45,154 nt of DNA, taken from assembly GCA_051532035.1 (NCBI GenBank), contig JAOPTW010000065.1:1-45154 (forward strand). Direction: 5' to 3'. How positions within the stretch are numbered: position 1 is the stretch's first letter; each line of letters starts with the position of its first letter. A program made the translations under genes and the position numbers. The notes below the pieces were generated by a model, which saw nothing but the letters and a program-made list of their open reading frames with translations, ran no database searches and was not told the origin of the DNA. Shown in pieces: positions 10,403-19,878 of this stretch. The stretch is from Fibrobacterales bacterium (GTDB lineage: Bacteria; Fibrobacterota; Fibrobacteria; Fibrobacterales; JAOPTW01).

Positions 10403-12459
10403 TATCGCCCTTTAATTGTTCGGTTGAGTTCTATAGTAGAATGCATTTTGCCGAATTTAAAATCTCTATACATAGGTATTTTTATAACTCTACCTACTCG
10501 TAACTCTTTATACTCTTTATAAACATCAATATTATTATACCGCGCAACTACTGAACCCATTTCTGCGTTACCGTAAAATCGGTTACCAAGTTTTCTAAAG
10601 GTATCATTTTTTTTGATAATATACGTAATTTCTATTGGTTTAACAGAATTCTTTTGAGTATACTCAGTTTTATTTTTTTGAACGTTCTCAAGATCCCTTT
10701 GCAAAGACATAACTGCCTTAACTTCTTGTTTATTCTGATCGGTATAGGTTATGTTAAGAGGGTAGTCAGTTGAATTATTTGCCTTGTCTTTTACAGTGAC
10801 AATAAATTTATTCATACCATGGCTCATGTTATAGACATTCACATTTAACGTATTATTAAAGAGAGTAACTTGCGCTTTATCCGATGGGCTTACGGTGACT
10901 GTTTGAATATGCTCTTCTTGAATAGACCCTGTGAGTGCTATTGTTGGTTGAGTCACATTTTCAGGTTGATTAAATATTTCAACGATAGGATTTTTTTTAT
11001 CAAAATAAATAGCAATGGGAAGTTCTGTTTGGTTACCCGCAATATCAATGATGTCGATGGTATATTCATTGAGGCCAGGCTTAAGTTTTAATTTAGCATA
11101 CACTTCATTGTTTGAGTTTAACTTCAGTGGTTTGTTCCCTGGTTGAAGGGTGATCGTTTCAATATCGTTGTCTTGGGTACTTGCACGTAGATGAACTATA
11201 GATTTATTGGTAAATTCGGGAATCTGAGCGAGCTCAATTGCTGGAGGAATATTGTCTCGGTAGAGCTCATGGGTAATAAGTGCACTATATCCTTTTTCAT
11301 GTGTGATAACAATCTCAAAGACAAGGTTACCAGAAAGTTCAGGAGGGAGCGCAATAGTAAAAGTTCTATTGACGCTATCTTTAACAACATTCTCTGAGCT
11401 AAAATAGGCATTAGGAAGGTCGGGATACCAGCAATTAAAACTGGTAACCTGTAATGAATTGAATAAATCCTGAGGGTAGGTTAGTGAAACGCCACTTTGC
11501 GCATATGATATAGCGGTAGGGGAGACTGATTGAAAAGCCTCTTTTTTATAGAGTAAGCCAAGACCATCAGTTGCGAGGATCAATCCATCATGGGTGGTAA
11601 TAATTTTTTCAATAAGGACATGATTCTTAGAATCGACTTCTATACCAGTAAGGCTATGATTATTATTTAAGTCAACCGCATAGAGTTTGCCAAGTGAACT
11701 CGCATAGAGCAAAGAGTTATAGAGGGCAAGAGATATTATTTGAATAGGTTTTGTAACAATAGAGATTTCTGATTTATCAAGAGTGTAGCGTACCAATCCT
11801 TTTTGCGTTGCAATATAGGCGTTAGAACCATAGAGAAGAATGTCATTAATGATATTACTTGGTAGGCCGTCAAGCATTGTAATATCGCTCCACTTCTGAC
11901 GGGCATTATCGAAAACAACAACACCATTACCATTAGTTCCCATAAAAATTTGATTCCCAATGGCCTTTATTGAAACGACTGGTTTAGTCAATAGGCTATT
12001 TTGCAGGACCCTCGTAACTTTTTTACGCGACATATTAAATATCGTAATAGCACTTGAAGATCCAATCAATAGTTCGTTATTTTTAATCGCGAGCGAGTAA
12101 ACGATACTTTTGTCGATGCCGAGTTCTTTTCTACCATAGTGAGCGGTCAATAGCCCAGTCTTACTGTTATAGACTGATAAGCCATGAGATGAACCAATAT
12201 AAATGGTGCTTTTATACATGATTGAGCTATACATTAAGCCAGTACGATATTTTCTATTAATAGGAATGTCACTGAGCTTTCTCTTGGTCTCCATATCGTA
12301 AACGGATATACCTTTTGATTGAGTGCTCACAATAAATGACGTTCGACCCGCCGACATAGTTTTTATGTTTTGACCTACGATACTATTATCAATAGTCGTA
12401 TATGAGGCTAAGAGTAGTTGAGCAGTTACCACGAGGGTAATACATAATCGTATAATCAT
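10402..12459 (-). CDS. Secreted protein: beta-propeller, Ig-like repeats, C-terminal LysM
   Basis: Signal peptide; two-component-regulator-propeller-like repeats (DGLPSNIINDI, IGSSHGLSVY); Ig-like D.AGN / DKANN strands; LysM motif YIIKKNDTFRKLGNRFYG...LRVGRVIKIP. Confidence 0.75.
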   Translation of the reverse strand: MIIRLCITLVVTAQLLLASYTTIDNSIVGQNIKTMSAGRTSFIVSTQSKGISVYDMETKRKLSDIPINRKYRTGLMYSSIMYKSTIYIGSSHGLSVYNSKTGLLTAHYGRKELGIDKSIVYSLAIKNNELLIGSSSAITIFNMSRKKVTRVLQNSLLTKPVVSIKAIGNQIFMGTNGNGVVVFDNARQKWSDITMLDGLPSNIINDILLYGSNAYIATQKGLVRYTLDKSEISIVTKPIQIISLALYNSLLYASSLGKLYAVDLNNNHSLTGIEVDSKNHVLIEKIITTHDGLILATDGLGLLYKKEAFQSVSPTAISYAQSGVSLTYPQDLFNSLQVTSFNCWYPDLPNAYFSSENVVKDSVNRTFTIALPPELSGNLVFEIVITHEKGYSALITHELYRDNIPPAIELAQIPEFTNKSIVHLRASTQDNDIETITLQPGNKPLKLNSNNEVYAKLKLKPGLNEYTIDIIDIAGNQTELPIAIYFDKKNPIVEIFNQPENVTQPTIALTGSIQEEHIQTVTVSPSDKAQVTLFNNTLNVNVYNMSHGMNKFIVTVKDKANNSTDYPLNITYTDQNKQEVKAVMSLQRDLENVQKNKTEYTQKNSVKPIEITYIIKKNDTFRKLGNRFYGNAEMGSVVARYNNIDVYKEYKELRVGRVIKIPMYRDFKFGKMHSTIELNRTIKGR

Positions 12460-14105
12460 TATTTGCCCTCCATCAATTTAATTTTCTTTTTAACATTTGC
12501 AACATAAGAGCGAGCTTGTGGATGAGAGGGTTCTGCTTTCAGTACTTTAAGCCAAAAGTTAAGTGCTTTCTTATACTTACCCATCCGATAATTGGTGATT
12601 CCTGATAGAAAAAGTTCCTGAATTCTTTTGGGTGGGTTTGCCTTTAATTGTGCCTTTCTAATTGCTCTCGTTAAGGTGCGAACTTCATCATCAATATCTT
12701 TGTTACCTGTCTTAGAAGGCAGTTCCGCAAGGGCTTTTGAATAGTCATTCGTTGCAAATAGTTTCTTAGATGCTGATATTTTATCATTGAGATTAGAGAG
12801 GTTCATAGACATTTTCTCTTTAACCATAGCAAGAAGTTTAACAGTAGTTTTATTTTGGGGTTGTAGGTCTTTTGCTCTTTGTAAAATCCCAAGAGCTTTT
12901 TTGAACTGTCCATTCTTTAATTTGGTTCGAGCAAGGTTAATGAGCTTGTTATAATTTTTTTGAGTGGAAATCTTCCTTTTGAGCAAGGCTATTTTTTGGG
13001 TAAAAACAGGTATTTGAGAGTGCGTGCGGTCAACCCTTTTAAGTTGTTTCAGTTTATTTGACGCTTCTGAAACGCGTTTTTCAATGAGGAAGTTATTAAT
13101 TGCTTGTATGATAGCTTGTGATTTTGTTGATTTAATACGTTTCTCTTTGGCATCAGTAATAGAGCGGTTCCACTTAGCAATGGTTAAATTATCTGGGTAT
13201 TCCGAGAAGAGCAGTGAAAAAAGCTCTTCGGCTGCATCATAATCACCCTGTAAGAAGGCGTTTTGACCTTCGTCGATTCTAAGGGTGAGGACTGAATCTC
13301 GGGTAAATTGAATCCGGTCAAATTTGCCCTTAAAATACTTGTCCGTTGGGAATTGGTGAAACGCGTTGTTTAACAAAACAAGCAGTTCATTCTCGCGTTG
13401 ATTCCGCTCTAGAATTGAAACTTTGTGTACATAATATTTCCGTAATTCTTTGAGCTTCTTCTCAGCATTTTGAATATTAGAGAGAAGTAAATTATCATCA
13501 GGGCTATAGAATAGTGTTTTGTACCATTCTTTAAGGGCTTGAGAATAGAGACCTCTTTCATAAAACTCTTTGCCAATTTCAAACAAGGTCTGTTTTATCG
13601 TCTCTATTTTGTGGGTGATATCGGTATAGCTTTTTTTGTAATCGTCATTATCGGCTTCAAGTGCTACCAATTGAGAGAGAATTGTTTGAGCATTGCGGTA
13701 GCGCTCTTCTTTTTCAAGCCGTAGAGCAACTTTGTAGACTGAGTCTCTCTTCTCAACAGGAAGGTTTGTGAGATTGTAAGGATCAATTTCAACCCAGACA
13801 TCTTCGGTTTCAGTATCTGGAGCGACCCATTTACCCAAATTAATACGACACTCTTTGATACTTTCATCAACCTTTAAGTGAAGAGGGTTGGTCATTCTTA
13901 TTTTTTTAAATTCAGCGAGAGCCTTATCATATTGTTTGCTCTTTAAAAATTCATTCGCTGTTTTGTAGATGAGTAACTCTTTTTGGTATTGACCTTCAAT
14001 CTTTTTGTCATCAATAGAGATTACTGATTCTTGGGCGTAAAGAACCATCGAAAGAACTGCTAAAAGAGTCCATATTCTAATTAAAGAATAATGAATAAGA
14101 ACCAC
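12459..14105 (-). CDS. Secreted tetratricopeptide repeat protein
   Basis: Signal peptide and multiple TPR units, e.g. GKEFYERGLYSQALKEW and GITNYRMGKYKKALNFWLKVL. Confidence 0.85.
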   Translation of the reverse strand: MVLIHYSLIRIWTLLAVLSMVLYAQESVISIDDKKIEGQYQKELLIYKTANEFLKSKQYDKALAEFKKIRMTNPLHLKVDESIKECRINLGKWVAPDTETEDVWVEIDPYNLTNLPVEKRDSVYKVALRLEKEERYRNAQTILSQLVALEADNDDYKKSYTDITHKIETIKQTLFEIGKEFYERGLYSQALKEWYKTLFYSPDDNLLLSNIQNAEKKLKELRKYYVHKVSILERNQRENELLVLLNNAFHQFPTDKYFKGKFDRIQFTRDSVLTLRIDEGQNAFLQGDYDAAEELFSLLFSEYPDNLTIAKWNRSITDAKEKRIKSTKSQAIIQAINNFLIEKRVSEASNKLKQLKRVDRTHSQIPVFTQKIALLKRKISTQKNYNKLINLARTKLKNGQFKKALGILQRAKDLQPQNKTTVKLLAMVKEKMSMNLSNLNDKISASKKLFATNDYSKALAELPSKTGNKDIDDEVRTLTRAIRKAQLKANPPKRIQELFLSGITNYRMGKYKKALNFWLKVLKAEPSHPQARSYVANVKKKIKLMEGK

Positions 14106-14232
14106 CTTTAAAAAAATCTCATCATAGATATGAGTTAATATTGGATTTATTATACTATAATATGTTATAATTTAGCTATGGAATGATAGATTTTTTAGAG
14201 TTTATTTTAAAAATTTAGTGTACAGGGTCATT

Positions 14233-14712
14233 ATGAGACTGAAAAAAACATTGTTACTATTCCTTGTCATCGTCGGTTGTACGTTTGGTAGTGAAGTAAT
14301 GGTTTCAGAAATTAAGATTCAACCGAGTGAAGAGGGGATGGTTCTTATAGAATTCAGCTTTAACTATGGCTATCCCACAAAATATAATGTTGGCTTCTCT
14401 GATGACGATGAAAGTTCGTTAATTATCACAATGAAGGGCGTGAGCTTTGAATCAGATAAGATACTACTTGACCTAGAGCTCAATGATTGGATGAAAGTTG
14501 CCAAGAGTGAGAGTAATGGTGAAGATATTACATTTGTGAGTTTAGAATTACAAAAACAGGTTCCTTATAAAAGTTACTTTTCTGCGGGAAAACTGTATAT
14601 AAGCTTTGCTGATGTTCGTTATACTAACACTGTACGAACCGTGTTGCTTTGGGTGGCTATTCCTGTGGCTCTTTTATTTACCATGTCAGCTTATTTTCTC
14701 ATAGAAAATTAG
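14233..14712 (+). CDS. Hypothetical exported protein, AMIN-like beta domain with C-terminal TM
   Basis: Signal peptide from MRLKKTLL; beta-rich body ending VSLELQKQVPY...LYISF; hydrophobic C-terminal helix. Confidence 0.55.
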   Translation: MRLKKTLLLFLVIVGCTFGSEVMVSEIKIQPSEEGMVLIEFSFNYGYPTKYNVGFSDDDESSLIITMKGVSFESDKILLDLELNDWMKVAKSESNGEDITFVSLELQKQVPYKSYFSAGKLYISFADVRYTNTVRTVLLWVAIPVALLFTMSAYFLIEN

Positions 14713-15101
14713 TGAGAGAGCTTAGACTTTTTTTTGTTGCAACTTCTACATTTTTTGCCCATTAATGTTCTGTAGAAAGAACGTATATAGCCAGCAACTC
14801 CATACACTTTTTTTACCGCTTCATGCCGGTATGTTGGAGGGAGCATCCAAAAGTAGTCAAGTATTTGGGGAAAATGTCTGCTCATTTCATCGATAGCTTC
14901 TTTGCCATAAAAACTATTATCAAATGCGATAAAAGTAAAGTCATCTGACTCCGAATCATCGGGAAGAGCGATATATTCTATAGTCATTTCTGGAACTTTT
15001 TTACGAAGCAACCCTACAAAGCTTGCACATACAGGGCATTCTGCATCGTAATAGAGCTTGAAATCACTCGCTATGGTTTGTGTAGTCTGGGTTTCTTTCA
15101 T
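14709..15101 (-). CDS. DCC1-like (DUF393) thiol-disulfide oxidoreductase family protein
   Basis: LYYDAECPVC (DxxCxxC) near the N-terminus. The start is uncertain (15101 or 15137). Confidence 0.7.
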   Translation of the reverse strand: MKETQTTQTIASDFKLYYDAECPVCASFVGLLRKKVPEMTIEYIALPDDSESDDFTFIAFDNSFYGKEAIDEMSRHFPQILDYFWMLPPTYRHEAVKKVYGVAGYIRSFYRTLMGKKCRSCNKKKSKLSH

Positions 15102-16059
15102 TAATAATGAGGGATTGGTATTTGTTAAGTTCTTCACTGTTAAAGTGAATAATAATGATTTCTGTCTGTATGTCGTTAAGAATATTGATAATCAGACGAT
15201 TTTGTCTACTCAGTAAAAAGAGTCCTCTTCCGGTAGGGTCGGTGAGTCCAATAGGGAGCACTTCTTCTCCAATTTTTGTGTGACGTCTAAATTTTGATAA
15301 AATACGCTCTAGAGTTAAGCTCCCACTACGGTCTTTGATGCTGATGGCATATTTTTCGTGATCTTGCACAATCCTGAATGAAATTGTTTTGTCTTCTGGA
15401 ACAAAAAGGGTTTTCGGTGACGTTGCCATTTCACTATCTCTTTGTTCGGGGGTAATGCCATGAATACTGTAGGCGAGAGCATTTATCATAAGTTCTGAGA
15501 CAAAGGAGTTAAACTCTGCTTGCTCTTGGGCGTCGAGTCGCTCTTTAAAATCAGTGAAATTTGATTTAGCAAATCCTGGGGTATATACCATACCGGTGTA
15601 ATCATACTTCTTGTCGAACTTTGTGAACCCCCCAAGAAAGAAGGGATACGGGCCAAAAAAGTGCTCTCCTAAAAGGCGTGTCGTCATAGCCATTACTAGA
15701 TTGGCATCAAATTTGTGTGAGAGAATAATGTTACCAATATTAAACATCTGTGCAAATTCAAAGAAGTCGTACTCTTCGCTACAGAGTAGCACCACTTGGT
15801 TACCATTGTGGATAAGGTTATTGTGTATTGCATCGAGAATAACACGATCCTTGGCAATGTTGGCACCGTCTATCTCAAAAAATATGAGTGCATTAGTGTC
15901 ATGCTTGATGCCCTCAAGATTTGATTTTAAATTGAGGTCTCTAGGTTTTACATTGAAGTCAAGGAGTTGTTTTCGGATAATCTCTTCAAACGAGTCATAG
16001 AGTTTCTCTTTGACATCGGGGCTCACACAGCGAAAATACACACTATGAGTCGCGATCAT
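15064..16059 (-). CDS. Hypothetical protein with C-terminal HATPase/anti-sigma-kinase-like domain
   Basis: ELMINALAY (N-box), SIKDRSGS (D-box) and GRGLFL (G2 box); the N-terminal half is alpha/beta and receiver-like. Confidence 0.6.
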   Translation of the reverse strand: MIATHSVYFRCVSPDVKEKLYDSFEEIIRKQLLDFNVKPRDLNLKSNLEGIKHDTNALIFFEIDGANIAKDRVILDAIHNNLIHNGNQVVLLCSEEYDFFEFAQMFNIGNIILSHKFDANLVMAMTTRLLGEHFFGPYPFFLGGFTKFDKKYDYTGMVYTPGFAKSNFTDFKERLDAQEQAEFNSFVSELMINALAYSIHGITPEQRDSEMATSPKTLFVPEDKTISFRIVQDHEKYAISIKDRSGSLTLERILSKFRRHTKIGEEVLPIGLTDPTGRGLFLLSRQNRLIINILNDIQTEIIIIHFNSEELNKYQSLIINERNPDYTNHSE

Positions 16060-16388
16060 ATTTCTCCGTTACGTTTGGCAAGATATCCTAGTGTAACAAA
16101 AATTATGAGCAAAGCCACAATAAAAGTAATGGGTGAGAGATTAACCAATTGGGTCCTGATTAACCGCGCTAAATTGGTTGCGATAAATGCATATCCTATA
16201 GTACAGAGGAGCATGAAGAGTAAAAATCTCACAACGGCATTCAATGAACGAGTCATAGTCCGAAAGAGCTTGTTGATTTCGTGTCCATATACCATGAGGA
16301 GCGTGGTAATAACACTCATTGATATAAAGTAGATGTGAGACTTTAAATAATGAGTTGCGGGCGATAAATATGTATTGAGATATTCCAT
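16056..16388 (-). CDS. Small 3-TM membrane protein, DUF3392-like
   Basis: LL.VYG..IN...R, RFLLFMLLC.IGY and LGYLAKR pattern recalled for DUF3392; overlaps the next gene start by 4 nt. Confidence 0.65.
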   Translation of the reverse strand: MEYLNTYLSPATHYLKSHIYFISMSVITTLLMVYGHEINKLFRTMTRSLNAVVRFLLFMLLCTIGYAFIATNLARLIRTQLVNLSPITFIVALLIIFVTLGYLAKRNGEI

Positions 16389-16552
16389 ATGGGTAAACTA
16401 TGTTTTTTTTAGGTTTGATGGTTGTTTTAGGGTGAGGTTTTTGATTTTTGTTTGGGGCGTGACGTTTATTTTTAGTATTAAATGTAGTACAAAGTATAAT
16501 ACCATTATAAATACAGTGCATTTTTCCTTTACTCTGTAACCTTCTCAATCAT

Positions 16553-18706
16553 TTAAAATTGAGCAGATACTGTTGTTCCTATCGTTCTGCTTGATTGCGC
16601 GGAAAGGTAATTGGCGGTACCCCAGTTGACGAGTCGATTTTCATTTGCAAGATTGTTTCCAAAAATCGAGAGGTTCAGTTTGACGTAGGGTAGGGTGCAG
16701 AGGGCAGATAATGGAATGTTCACATAGAGGTCGAGTAAGTGAAGGTCTTTACCAACATCAACAGGGCCCGTAATACCGGTATTAGGATTACTGTTTTCAT
16801 ATCTCTCACTATTTATCGATGCATTATTAATGGGAGAGTAATAGGTGTAGTGCACAGCGCCGGTAATGTGAAGCGGAAATTCATAACTGCTTTTTGCGTG
16901 GAAAGTACTTAGTGGCTGCACATCTCTATAAAAGTCGGGTATAATGGCATCAACAAATTGATTGGAGTTACTCAGCTCAATGGTGAGATTTCGGACGGGG
17001 AATAGTTTTACTACGATATCCTGACCATAAATAATTTTAGATCCTTTATTTTCATATCTAGTGACATCGTTTGAATCTTTATTACCGGCAATTAAATTCT
17101 CATGAGCACTCCTGAAGAACGATGCTGATACGGCTATTTTATTTGATTGATAAAAATATTCAAAATCAGCTGTTGTAACTTTTTCGGGTTTTAGGGGTTC
17201 AACGGGGGTGGCAAATACTCCTGGAATAGAAAATTTTGTTTTGGTGGGATAGGTTTTTTTAAATGCTTTGCCCCATAATAGTTTAAATCCCATGGTGTTC
17301 GTAGCTTGGATTATAGCTCCGAGTCTGGGTACAAAATCAGGGTCTTTATTTTTCAGTTTATTCATTTGCAATCCAGCAATAATTTTTGTATTTGAAAAAG
17401 GTTTATAATCTGCCTGAACAAAAGCACTATGCTCAATGGTATAATATGAGCTGATTAAAAAAGCGTCACTGTTTTTAGCAAGACCTTGACCACTATTCAC
17501 TACAAGGCTGTTTGGGTAATCTTCTTCGGTCTTCCCTTCACCACTCCCTTCATTAATTTCAAATGTTCCTCCAAGCAAAACGTGTGCTGATTTGAAAAGC
17601 TCAATATTAGTAGAGAGCTCGCCGAGAAGCATTTGGCTGGATATGCTTGTTGGAGCAGAGAGACTTGGTGACAAAGGGAGTAGTTCTTTGGCAGGATTAC
17701 TTTTTACATCGTTCCCCAGTACGGTAAAAGGGAACTCTAATAGTCCATTGTGATAGGTGAGGTCTGCATTTAATGATACAGTGGGTGAAAAAGTATGAGT
17801 ATACCCGATATTTGAAAAAAGGGTTCTTGATGTATTTTTTTGATACGGCCATATTCCCCCCACAAAGTTTTGAGACTGGTTACTTGCGAGAAAATCTACG
17901 GTAAAACCCTTATACATAAGCCGTGCATAGCCTGAAACACTGTTAAATGATGAATGCATGCTATCGAGTACACCTTTAGTGTCGTAGCCAGATACAATCT
18001 GACCGGTTTCGTCTGTATATTTAATGTTTGATATAACATTAAGCGTTTCGGTATGTTTTTGAAGACTAATACTGCTTTTTACCGCTGCATTGTCAAAATC
18101 AAGATTATTGCTATAGGTCTGGTCTGCTTGAACTGAAAATTTGGGTGCTGGCACACTGTTTTTGGTGATAATATTTACTACGCCTGAATAGGCATTAGTG
18201 CCATACAATACTGAGCCCGGGCCACGAATAAACTCAACTTGCCTTACAAGATCAATAGGAAACAATTTAAGAAGAACTTGGCTGCCTCCTCCATCATATG
18301 ACGCCCGGAAGGGGCGACCATTTATTAGCCAGAGTACATGATTTCCCGAAACAGGTGTGTCTCCTCGTAACCCTATATTGCCCATTAAACCACCGGTAGT
18401 TGTTGATGGCCTGGAATACACCGAAGGCATTTTAACTATAACTTCAAACAGGTTTTTATATCCGTACCGCTTGATTTCTTCATGATTTATAACGGTAATA
18501 ATACCCGGTGCATCTTTCGGCAACTCGTGTCGCTTTGACGCTGTTGTTACAACATCAATAGACATAAGTTCTTCGAATGACATAGCTATAAATTTATTAA
18601 TGTAATTTGAATCGATGATTTCAGAATGAGAAATGGAAGTAATACAGAGCAACACCATGCACAATTTTTGAGTAAGCTTTAATATTCTTTTTAAGTAATG
18701 CGGCAT
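16553..18706 (-). CDS. TonB-dependent outer-membrane receptor
   Basis: MSFEELMSIDVVTTASK..DAPGIITVI, plug motif LINGRP..VEFIRGPGSVLYGTNAYSGVVNIITK, LKPEKV, and C-terminal Phe. Confidence 0.93.
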   Translation of the reverse strand: MPHYLKRILKLTQKLCMVLLCITSISHSEIIDSNYINKFIAMSFEELMSIDVVTTASKRHELPKDAPGIITVINHEEIKRYGYKNLFEVIVKMPSVYSRPSTTTGGLMGNIGLRGDTPVSGNHVLWLINGRPFRASYDGGGSQVLLKLFPIDLVRQVEFIRGPGSVLYGTNAYSGVVNIITKNSVPAPKFSVQADQTYSNNLDFDNAAVKSSISLQKHTETLNVISNIKYTDETGQIVSGYDTKGVLDSMHSSFNSVSGYARLMYKGFTVDFLASNQSQNFVGGIWPYQKNTSRTLFSNIGYTHTFSPTVSLNADLTYHNGLLEFPFTVLGNDVKSNPAKELLPLSPSLSAPTSISSQMLLGELSTNIELFKSAHVLLGGTFEINEGSGEGKTEEDYPNSLVVNSGQGLAKNSDAFLISSYYTIEHSAFVQADYKPFSNTKIIAGLQMNKLKNKDPDFVPRLGAIIQATNTMGFKLLWGKAFKKTYPTKTKFSIPGVFATPVEPLKPEKVTTADFEYFYQSNKIAVSASFFRSAHENLIAGNKDSNDVTRYENKGSKIIYGQDIVVKLFPVRNLTIELSNSNQFVDAIIPDFYRDVQPLSTFHAKSSYEFPLHITGAVHYTYYSPINNASINSERYENSNPNTGITGPVDVGKDLHLLDLYVNIPLSALCTLPYVKLNLSIFGNNLANENRLVNWGTANYLSAQSSRTIGTTVSAQF

Positions 18707-18813
18707 TTGGGGGGTATCTCATGCTTCAAAAATAACTATATCCCTAATTATACCCTAGTATACCTCTCCATGTCAAGGTCCTTCGCTGGGCACTAATGGA
18801 CACTGTAAATAGC

Positions 18814-18838
18814 AAAAGGCCCCAATTGAGGCCTTTTT
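18814..18838. terminator. Intrinsic terminator-like hairpin
   Basis: AAAAGGCCCCAATTGAGGCCTTTTT with T-runs on both strands. Confidence 0.55.
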
Positions 18839-18872
18839 GATTTTCATGAGTCCTTATCGGACTCTCGTTTAA

Positions 18873-19174
18873 TGGAGATGGGGATGTTCTCGGCGTGGTT
18901 CAAATCCAGAGCATTTTTTTATTGTGAAGTGTGTTTTGCTGTATTAAAGTTAGTACATAATATAATACCGGGGTTAATGTTGTTTTGTGTTGCGGGTTAT
19001 GGGTGGTGTGTGGTTTCGTAGAGGTGGGGATGTCTTTGGTTGGTTAAAGTTTGGAATGATTCTTGGTTTGGGTTCTTGATTTGTAGCATTTAAATTAGTA
19101 CAAAATATAATACCAGGATTAAGTGCGTTTTTGTTGGAATGACCAGCCTTTGGCTGGTTCAATGGAGGTGGGGG
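18873..19174 (-). repeat. Tandem ~145-bp degenerate units, each carrying a tmRNA 3'-end (att-like) copy
   Basis: TGGAGATGGGGA (18873), TAGAGGTGGGGA (19019) and TGGAGGTGGGGG (19163) match the ssrA 3' end TGGAGGTGGGGA (19340). They are separated by TTAGTACAwAATATAATACCrGGrTTAA at 18950 and 19095. Confidence 0.7.
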
Positions 19175-19289
19175 TACCCTCGGCGCAGTCAAAATGCGGT
19201 GCATTTTTCTTTTGCTCGGGCTTGTATAATGCTCTTCGCATTATACGGTTCGAACGCCCTACGGGAGTTCGTCTCTCCAACCTTCACTA

Positions 19290-19337
19290 TAAAACAAAAA
19301 AAAAGACCAGCTCACAGCTGGTCTTTTTTTTGTTTTA
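19290..19337 (-). terminator. tmRNA terminator
   Basis: AAAACAAAAAAAAAGACCAGCT-cac-AGCTGGTCTTTTTTTTGTTTT immediately 3' of ssrA. Confidence 0.85.
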
Positions 19338-19339
19338 AG

Positions 19340-19702
19340 TGGAGGTGGGGAGAGTCGAACTCCCGTCCAAAAAAACTTCCCTATTCGCTCCTACATGCAT
19401 TCCCTCTGATTTAATCTTACTCACTGAACCGCCCTAAAGGTCGGCTGAACAGTCAGCCAGCTTAGAATATCTTAGCTGATAGCCCCAAGCATACTATCAA
19501 CCCAGCCCACTAGCATAGCAGTTAGGTACCCACATGGGCGATGAGTCCCTAACTGTAGCTACTTAGTAGTTACTAAGCAGCCATTGCGTAAGAATAGTTA
19601 TCTTCTGCATTTATTTGTTTTTCCGGTTTTTTTAAGAGGCCAACCAGAACCCTCTGCATGCAACTTGTACTTCCGTCTCCCTGTCGAAACCTGTGCACCC
19701 CC
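19340..19702 (-). ncRNA. ssrA: tmRNA (SsrA)
   Basis: 5' GGGGGTGCACAGGTTTCGAC; 3' GGACGGGAGTTCGACTCTCCCCACCTCCA with an alanyl acceptor stem containing G3:U; 363 nt; tag frame 19608-19573 encodes AEDNYSYAMAA followed by two stops; CCA not fully encoded. Confidence 0.96.
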
Positions 19703-19878
19703 AATCTATAAGGGATGTCCACTTATACTTTAAATATATATAAATAAACAGAATATGCCTATCTGCTTTGGGGTTTAGGGTAGTTAATGGCTCAGGTATG
19801 AATTTCATAAAAATGAACCCAACTCATTTTTTACAAAACTTTAGTAGGTAATGAATGAGTTTTTTTTATTTTAATGGC

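Noticed and set aside
19245..19290. tRNA gene on the + strand (GGTTCGAA / GTTCG T-loops)
   Set aside because: No D-arm, anticodon arm or 5' acceptor strand; explained as an inverted fragment of the tmRNA 3' end.
18974..19414. Short ORFs of 71-91 aa downstream of or overlapping ssrA
   Set aside because: They overlap repeats, the terminator and the tmRNA and have no protein-like motifs.
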